Below the pieces are notes generated by a model. The model had not been told where the DNA came from. It made no database searches and saw only the letters and a list, made by a program, of their open reading frames with translations. From positions 32,001 to 96,000 of the forward strand of contig CBDCXM010000002.1 in assembly GCA_965223855.1 (NCBI GenBank): a DNA stretch of 64,000 nt, in the 5' to 3' direction. Shown piece by piece: positions 58,517 to 64,000 of the stretch. The translations under genes and the position numbers were made by a program. The stretch comes from Candidatus Multivoradales bacterium (GTDB taxonomy: Bacteria > Acidobacteriota > Thermoanaerobaculia > Multivoradales > JAHEKO01). The first letter of the stretch is position 1. The number at the start of each line of letters is the position of its first letter.

Positions 58517-60027
58517 GATGCGTCTCCCGGCTTGCCCCAGTCGTTCTCTCGCTGGCACTGCTGCCAGTCGGCGGCTGCAGCCCGGCGGAGCGGCCGACCT
58601 CCGATTTCGCCTTGCCGAACCTGCTGTGGATCGTCTGGGACACCGTCAGGGCGGACCGGCTGAGCCTCTACGGCCACGAGCGAGCGACGACACCCCATCT
58701 GGAACAGCTGGCCGCCTCGGCGAGGGTCTACGACGCCTCTTCGCCGTCCTGCTGGACCGTCCCCTCCCACGCCTCGATGTTCACCGGGCTCTACCCGGGC
58801 GATCACGGGATGAACCGGATGGGGTCGGTGCTCGATCCGTCGTTGCCGACCCTCGCCGAGCTCTTCGGAGAGCGGGGATACGCGACCTTCCTCTACAGCG
58901 CCAACCCCTTCCTCTCCCGCGAGACCGGGCTGGCGCGCGGTTTCGAGGTCGTCGAGCAGCCGGGCGATCCCGATCTGAGGGAGCGCGCCCGCGAGCTTGT
59001 GCTGGCGAAGATCGAGCCGGGCATGCCTCATCCCCTCAGAGAGCTCGTCGATCGAGCGGAGGGAGCGGACTGGGCGCTTCAGGGAGCGGGGGAGCTGGCC
59101 GAAGAGCGGCTCGAGAGGTTCCTCGACACGCGAGACCGGGGACAGCCGTTCTTCGCTTTCCTCAACTACATGGAGGCGCATCGCATCCGCCTCCCCTCGA
59201 GGGCTCGGCTCGAGCGCTTCCTCTCGCCGGAGGAGGCATCCGCTGCCCTGGAGCTCGGCACCAGCCAGGAGCGCTTCCAGGCGACGACGCTCGGGCTGGC
59301 TCCTCCTTTCACCGACGAAGAGGAGCATCTGCTGGCCGCCGCCTACGACGCGACGCTGCTCGACCTCGACGAGCTGCTCGCCGGGATCTTCGATCTGTTG
59401 GCCGATCGCGGCCTCGCCTCCGACACGGTGGTCGTCCTGACCTCGGACCATGGCGAGCACCTCGGTGAGGGCGGAAGCTGGGTCCACCAGTACAGCCTGT
59501 CGGAGGCGCTGGTCAACGTGCCGCTCGTGGTGTGGACTCCCGACTCCGTCGCAGCCCGGCGGTTGGAGGCGGGCAGGGAGCCGGTGCCCGTCTCGACTGT
59601 CGGTCTGTTCGGCGCGCTGCAGTGGTGGGCGGGTCTGGAGGAGGTCGAGTGGGGTGTCGGCGGCCGGTCGCTCGTGGCCCCCGATCCGACGCAGGCCGTG
59701 CATGCCGAGTACCTCCGGCCGGCCGAGCAGGTGCTCAAGGGCTTCGAGGCTCGGCATCCGGGATGGAGCGCCGACTCCTTCCGGCACCGGCTCCGTTCTC
59801 TGCGACTGGGGAGCGAGAAGCTCGTCTGGTCTTCGGGCGAGCCGTTCGCCCTCTTCGAACTCGCGGGCGGGGGGGCAGAGCACAGAGTCGATCGGCCCCG
59901 ACGGATCGAAGAGCTGAGGCGGAGCTTCGATCGCTGGATGAAGGCGCGAGGCGCCGAGGCAGCAGGGGGCAGCCGGACGCTCTCCGAGGAAGAGGAGCGC
60001 CAGCTCCGGGCGCTCGGCTATCTATAG
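58513..60027 (+). CDS. Sulfatase-like lipoprotein (Thr-type), paralog of 55302-56792
   Basis: NLLWIVWDTVRAD, CWTVPSHASMFTG, TSDHGEHLGE and LRALGYL. TTGA overlap with the upstream gene. Confidence 0.88.
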   Translation: MRCVSRLAPVVLSLALLPVGGCSPAERPTSDFALPNLLWIVWDTVRADRLSLYGHERATTPHLEQLAASARVYDASSPSCWTVPSHASMFTGLYPGDHGMNRMGSVLDPSLPTLAELFGERGYATFLYSANPFLSRETGLARGFEVVEQPGDPDLRERARELVLAKIEPGMPHPLRELVDRAEGADWALQGAGELAEERLERFLDTRDRGQPFFAFLNYMEAHRIRLPSRARLERFLSPEEASAALELGTSQERFQATTLGLAPPFTDEEEHLLAAAYDATLLDLDELLAGIFDLLADRGLASDTVVVLTSDHGEHLGEGGSWVHQYSLSEALVNVPLVVWTPDSVAARRLEAGREPVPVSTVGLFGALQWWAGLEEVEWGVGGRSLVAPDPTQAVHAEYLRPAEQVLKGFEARHPGWSADSFRHRLRSLRLGSEKLVWSSGEPFALFELAGGGAEHRVDRPRRIEELRRSFDRWMKARGAEAAGGSRTLSEEEERQLRALGYL

Positions 60028-60179
60028 CCGGGCAGTCGAGCGGGCTCGACCTGGCGTGAGACTCGCCTGCTTCGCAGGACTCTGGTCTCGCACGTCTTCT
60101 GCGACGCAGGCCCTTTCGTTGTCCGCAGGGCGAGACGTTGGCCGGTTTCGGCGACCCCTGAAACGCCGTTCGGGTCGGG

Positions 60180-61499
60180 TCAGGGCACCGTGACCGACCA
60201 TGCCGAGGTATCGCCGGACTCGAACCCGTCCGAGAAGACCGGCGGGAGTCGGTAGATCCAGGCGGTACCGTGGGGTTCGAACAGCACGTTGTTGGAGTTG
60301 CCGATGACTACACGAGAGCCATCGAAGGCGATCGATTCACCAAAGGTGTCGAGGCCGTGGCCGACGGGAGCTCGGAAGCTGCCGACTTCCACCCACTTGC
60401 CGTCGATGTAGCGGTTGTCATAGACGATGCCTCTCAGGATGTCGTTCCCTTGGCCGCTTTCACCGCCTACTAGGGCCATGTTGCCTCTCAGTGCCACCGC
60501 AGTGCCGTAGAAGCGACCATTGTTGGCAGCGTCAGAGGCCAGCAGCTGCTGCTCCTCTGTCCAAACACCATTGGAGCGGCGGAAGACGTAGGCAGCGCCT
60601 TGGGTCGATTGCCCGCCGGAAACATGTTGGTCGGCGCCGGCCAGGAGGACGTCGGCGTCGAGAGCCACAGAGCTGCCGAGGTGAGTCGTCGTTCCCGCAT
60701 CCGAGGCTGCGAGTCTCTGCTCCAGGGTCCAGACGCTGTTCTCGAGGGTGTACACGTAGACAGCCCCAGCGTTGTCGCCTCCGGGGCCATCCTGGATGCT
60801 GTCTCCAACCGCGAGAGTCTCGCCATCAAGGGCTACTGACCTCCCAAAGGCGTCACCGAGGCCCAGAGAGGGGTCATAGAGCTTCTGCTGTTCGATCCAA
60901 TGGCTGCCGACCAACTCGAAGACGTAGGCCGCTCCACCAGGACTGGTACCGGAGCCCGCTCTTGACGCCCCAACCAGGAGACGTGTCCCTTCCAGATCCA
61001 TAGACCAACCAAAGGCGTCCTGCTCGTCCCCGTCAGAACTGCGGATCTTCGCAAGCTCGACCCAGACTCCCCCGACACCGCGCCGAAAGTAGTAGGCACT
61101 GCCCTGTTGGACCTCCTCATCGTCCGCCATTGCGCCGACGATCGCGATATCGCCGTCAATAGCTACCGAGAAGCCGAAGAGATCGTCCTCCGCTCCATCG
61201 GAGGCGGTCAGCATCGCCTCTTCGACCCAGGTGTCTCCATCACGCCTGAAGATCCAGGCGGCACCCTGGGAGTCGTTGTCACCGATGTCAGCGTGAAACG
61301 CACCCACGATGGCCAGGTCGCCACTCAGATCGACCGCCTCGCCGAAGCTCGACTGAGACTCCTGGTCTTCACCAAAGAGCCTCGCTTCGTCCTCCCAGAG
61401 CGGCCCAGATCCGGAGGCGAGGACTGGGGGCAAAGCGATCGAGGAGGCGATCAGCATTCCCGCAAGGGAGTACCCGCTTCTATGGATCGCAGTTCCCAT
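60180..61499 (-). CDS. FG-GAP-repeat (integrin-like beta-propeller) secreted protein with C-terminal DGFESGDTSAW tail
   Basis: About 7 repeats of FG.SVA.DGD…VGA…GAAYVF, ending VFSDGFESGDTSAWSVTVP. Confidence 0.88.
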   Translation of the reverse strand: MGTAIHRSGYSLAGMLIASSIALPPVLASGSGPLWEDEARLFGEDQESQSSFGEAVDLSGDLAIVGAFHADIGDNDSQGAAWIFRRDGDTWVEEAMLTASDGAEDDLFGFSVAIDGDIAIVGAMADDEEVQQGSAYYFRRGVGGVWVELAKIRSSDGDEQDAFGWSMDLEGTRLLVGASRAGSGTSPGGAAYVFELVGSHWIEQQKLYDPSLGLGDAFGRSVALDGETLAVGDSIQDGPGGDNAGAVYVYTLENSVWTLEQRLAASDAGTTTHLGSSVALDADVLLAGADQHVSGGQSTQGAAYVFRRSNGVWTEEQQLLASDAANNGRFYGTAVALRGNMALVGGESGQGNDILRGIVYDNRYIDGKWVEVGSFRAPVGHGLDTFGESIAFDGSRVVIGNSNNVLFEPHGTAWIYRLPPVFSDGFESGDTSAWSVTVP

Positions 61500-61657
61500 T
61501 GCCAACGTCCAGTTGCACCTCAGGGCAGGTCGATGTTGCCATGGATGGCGCTTCCTGAGACGGACCAGTGGGCTACCTCCAGCGCCGAGACACCCGTGGC
61601 CGGACCCGCGTCGAGAGCACCAGGCGGATCGCCGGGTGGGCTCTCGAGAACGTCGGG

Positions 61658-62599
61658 CTAGGAGGACTCGCTTGCCGCGGCCGGTCGAGGGCGGTCCGCT
61701 TCCGAAACCGTTGTCTTCGTCGTTCGATGGATCGGTCCGCTGCTTTGCGGGCCCGAGAAGAAGCCGAGGAGAAGCGGTACCGGCTCCTCACCGCTGCGCG
61801 CGATGATCCACTCACAGGCACGCACGCAGTCTCCGCACTCGAGGCAGTGATTGCGCCCGGGAGCTTCGGCGATCGAGATGCCGGGGCGCTCGCCGGTGGG
61901 AGCGAAGAGGTCTCGAGGGGCGAGCTCGACAGGGCAGACGTTGTCGCAGGCGTCGCAGTCGATGCAGGTCTCGGCCTCGTTGCGGAAGTGGACGCCGAAC
62001 CAGTGGGCAGGGGAGACGAACGAGTAGTAGAGCCCGATCGGGCAGGTGGTCATGCAGAAGCGCCACCGCCACCACCGGCCGTGCGCGTAGCAGACGAGCG
62101 TCAGCGCGATCGCCGCCGCTCCGGCTGCGGCGGAAGCGCCGGGACCGGCGGTCGCCAGGGAGCGGGGATCGACCCACCACGTCAGGACCGACACGGCAAG
62201 GGCGGCTGAGAAGCCGAGGGCGGCGAGCCGGGTGCGCGCTCTCGAACGGCCGCGACGCTGAGGCACCTCGAGCGCCTCGCCGAAACGCGAAAGCTGCCCG
62301 ATCGGACAACCCCAGCCACAGAAGAGCCGTCCGCCGACGAGGTTGACGAGGAAGGTCGCCACATAGAACGCGCCGATCGCGACGACGACTCCCGCGAAGG
62401 CGTTGCGAGCGGAGGTCGGTTCGAAGAGAAGCCGATGCCGTCCCCCGAGCAGGTCGAGCCGTGCCAGCCCGCTCGAGGGCACGGCGAAGAGCACGGCGAG
62501 CGTGACAGCCATACCGCCCGCGCGAAGGATGTCGTAGCGATGGGGGCTCACCCGCAGGGCGCCGAGCAGACGCCGGCGAAGCGGTGTGGTGCGGGCCAT
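61658..62599 (-). CDS. Membrane 4Fe-4S protein (NapH/CcoG-like)
   Basis: GRLFCGWGCP, FCMTTCP, CIDCDACDNVCP and CLECGDCVRAC. Confidence 0.87.
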   Translation of the reverse strand: MARTTPLRRRLLGALRVSPHRYDILRAGGMAVTLAVLFAVPSSGLARLDLLGGRHRLLFEPTSARNAFAGVVVAIGAFYVATFLVNLVGGRLFCGWGCPIGQLSRFGEALEVPQRRGRSRARTRLAALGFSAALAVSVLTWWVDPRSLATAGPGASAAAGAAAIALTLVCYAHGRWWRWRFCMTTCPIGLYYSFVSPAHWFGVHFRNEAETCIDCDACDNVCPVELAPRDLFAPTGERPGISIAEAPGRNHCLECGDCVRACEWIIARSGEEPVPLLLGFFSGPQSSGPIHRTTKTTVSEADRPRPAAASESS

Positions 62600-62712
62600 G
62601 GAGTGACGCTAGCAGCGGTGCGGGGTCGCCCACCCACCCGCTCGGGTGGTGTGCAGCTTCCGCCGCGCTGCTAGCTTGCGCACATTCTTCGAGCCCTTAC
62701 CTGGGAGTCCGC

Positions 62713-63327
62713 ATGGACGAACGAAAGAGAAGAGCTGCGATCGAGGACCACCTCGAAGCGATTCGCCGGTTGGAGTCGGAAGCCGCGAGGGGGTCCGGAG
62801 CCGCGAAGACCGCGTGGCCGCCCGACGGCTTCTACATGACCTGGCACGTGCTCGCCGGCCTGGTGCTCGGAGCCGTGGCGGCGGCGGTCAGCCTGATCCT
62901 CAACGTCGTCGGAGCCCCGATGTTCGGCCACCGGCCGTTCGACCTGGTGCGCACGTACCTGACGTTCCCGATGGGGGAGCGCGCCCTCCAGGTGGAGGAC
63001 GGAGCCGTCCTGACGATCGGCTCGATCCTCTACCTTGCGACCGGAGCTGTCGTCGGGTTGGCGCTACACCTCTTCATGAGAGTGCGCTACGACGGGGTCT
63101 CGCTCGGCAGGCGACTCGCCCTGGCGACCGTGGTCGGCGTCGTGTTGTGGATCACGAGCTTCTATCTGATCCTGAGCTGGCTGCAACCGAAGCTCCTGGG
63201 TGGCAACTGGATCGTCGAGGGAATCCCATGGTGGGTCGGGCTCGGCACCCACCTCGCCTTCACCTGGAGCCTCGCTCTCGGTGAGGGGATGACGAGATTC
63301 GACCGACCCGAGGAGGCGACATCGTGA
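62713..63327 (+). CDS. Four-TM membrane protein
   Basis: GGGAG RBS and four hydrophobic helices. GTGA overlap with the downstream cytochrome. Confidence 0.75.
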   Translation: MDERKRRAAIEDHLEAIRRLESEAARGSGAAKTAWPPDGFYMTWHVLAGLVLGAVAAAVSLILNVVGAPMFGHRPFDLVRTYLTFPMGERALQVEDGAVLTIGSILYLATGAVVGLALHLFMRVRYDGVSLGRRLALATVVGVVLWITSFYLILSWLQPKLLGGNWIVEGIPWWVGLGTHLAFTWSLALGEGMTRFDRPEEATS

Positions 63328-64000
63328 CGATTCCGGAGGCGTTGAGGGGCGCCGCCTTTTCAGGTCTGCTGGTGGCGGCGGGCGCGGTGCAAGCGCAGCC
63401 GGCCGGAGTCGACGACGAGGCACTCGAGTACCCGAAGTGGGAGACCGTGGCTCCCGGAGAGAACCCGTCCTACAACCAGCGGGAGAGCCTCCTTCAACGC
63501 GGCAAGCTGGTCTACGAGAAGTACTGCGTCGGCTGCCACGGCGGTGCGGGGGACGGCGCGGGACCGGCGGCGGCGCGGCTGCTGACCCAGCCGCGGGACT
63601 TCACGAGCGGGATCTACAAGTTCCGCTCGACCGACTCGAGCAGCCTGCCGCTGGAGGAGGATCTCTACCGGACGATCACCCGCGGGCTGGCCCGCGTGTC
63701 GATGCCCGCCTTCCCGCTGATGCCGGAGAACGAGAAGGTCGCCGTGATCGCCTACATCGCGAGTTTCTACCCGCAGTGGGAGGCGCAGAAGGGCTCCCGG
63801 GCGATCGTCGAGGTGCCGAATGCGCCCGCCGACCTCATGAGCCCGGACCGGATTGCGCGTGGCCGGGTCTCCTACCTGGCGACGCAGTGCTGGAAATGCC
63901 ACGGCACGGATGGACGGGGCGCTGGGGCCACACAGACGGAGTACGTCGACGCGTGGGGCAACGCTCAGAAGCCGTTCGACTTCACCCGCGGAGATCTCAA
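63324..64000 (+). CDS. Multi-heme cytochrome c (3' truncated by window edge; not in ORF track)
   Basis: AGGAGG RBS, signal peptide, YCVGCHG, PRDFTSGIYKFRST, MPAF and QCWKCHG. Confidence 0.88.
   Translation, partial: MTIPEALRGAAFSGLLVAAGAVQAQPAGVDDEALEYPKWETVAPGENPSYNQRESLLQRGKLVYEKYCVGCHGGAGDGAGPAAARLLTQPRDFTSGIYKFRSTDSSSLPLEEDLYRTITRGLARVSMPAFPLMPENEKVAVIAYIASFYPQWEAQKGSRAIVEVPNAPADLMSPDRIARGRVSYLATQCWKCHGTDGRGAGATQTEYVDAWGNAQKPFDFTRGDL

Noticed and set aside
60028-60179. Several short hairpins between convergent genes
   Set aside because: Compatible with ordinary terminator-like structure in GC-rich DNA, and no second copy was seen.

Overview
High-GC (about 70% by eye) bacterial chromosomal window with about 58 plausible CDSs. 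The gene families suggest Acidobacteriota, class Thermoanaerobaculia (inference from the C-terminal DGFESGDTSAW tail, multiple Thr-type sulfatase-like proteins and VWA/Ig-like hypotheticals). Core content: an aroD/aroE fusion plus trpEGDCFBA-esterase operon, an NSS transporter with a MetS-like small subunit, a PspC/site-2 protease/membrane protein/wHTH/UppS-like envelope-stress cluster, folM-folB-ytxJ, infC with an ATC start, an hcrCAB-like molybdoenzyme, ilvE, prolyl oligopeptidase, a RoxA-like di-heme cytochrome, sulfatase-like/GT-C envelope genes and the start of a cytochrome c/4Fe-4S redox locus. No rRNA, tRNA or CRISPR array was seen. The best non-obvious signals are: (1) a CRP-box-driven candidate sRNA of about 65 nt with an anti-Shine-Dalgarno loop and intrinsic terminator (22343-22457); (2) a highly structured orphan element of about 190 nt after the trp operon, resembling an IS200/IS605 TnpB omega-RNA/right end without tnpB; (3) a 14-bp repeat that builds a relay of two pentapeptide ORFs coupling folM to folB; (4) an intact Y1/RAYT-like transposase homologue with mutated catalytic motifs; (5) a garbled duplication next to a decayed IS1-like element (34850-36560), which may partly be an assembly artefact. 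All family calls come from motif recognition, not database searches.
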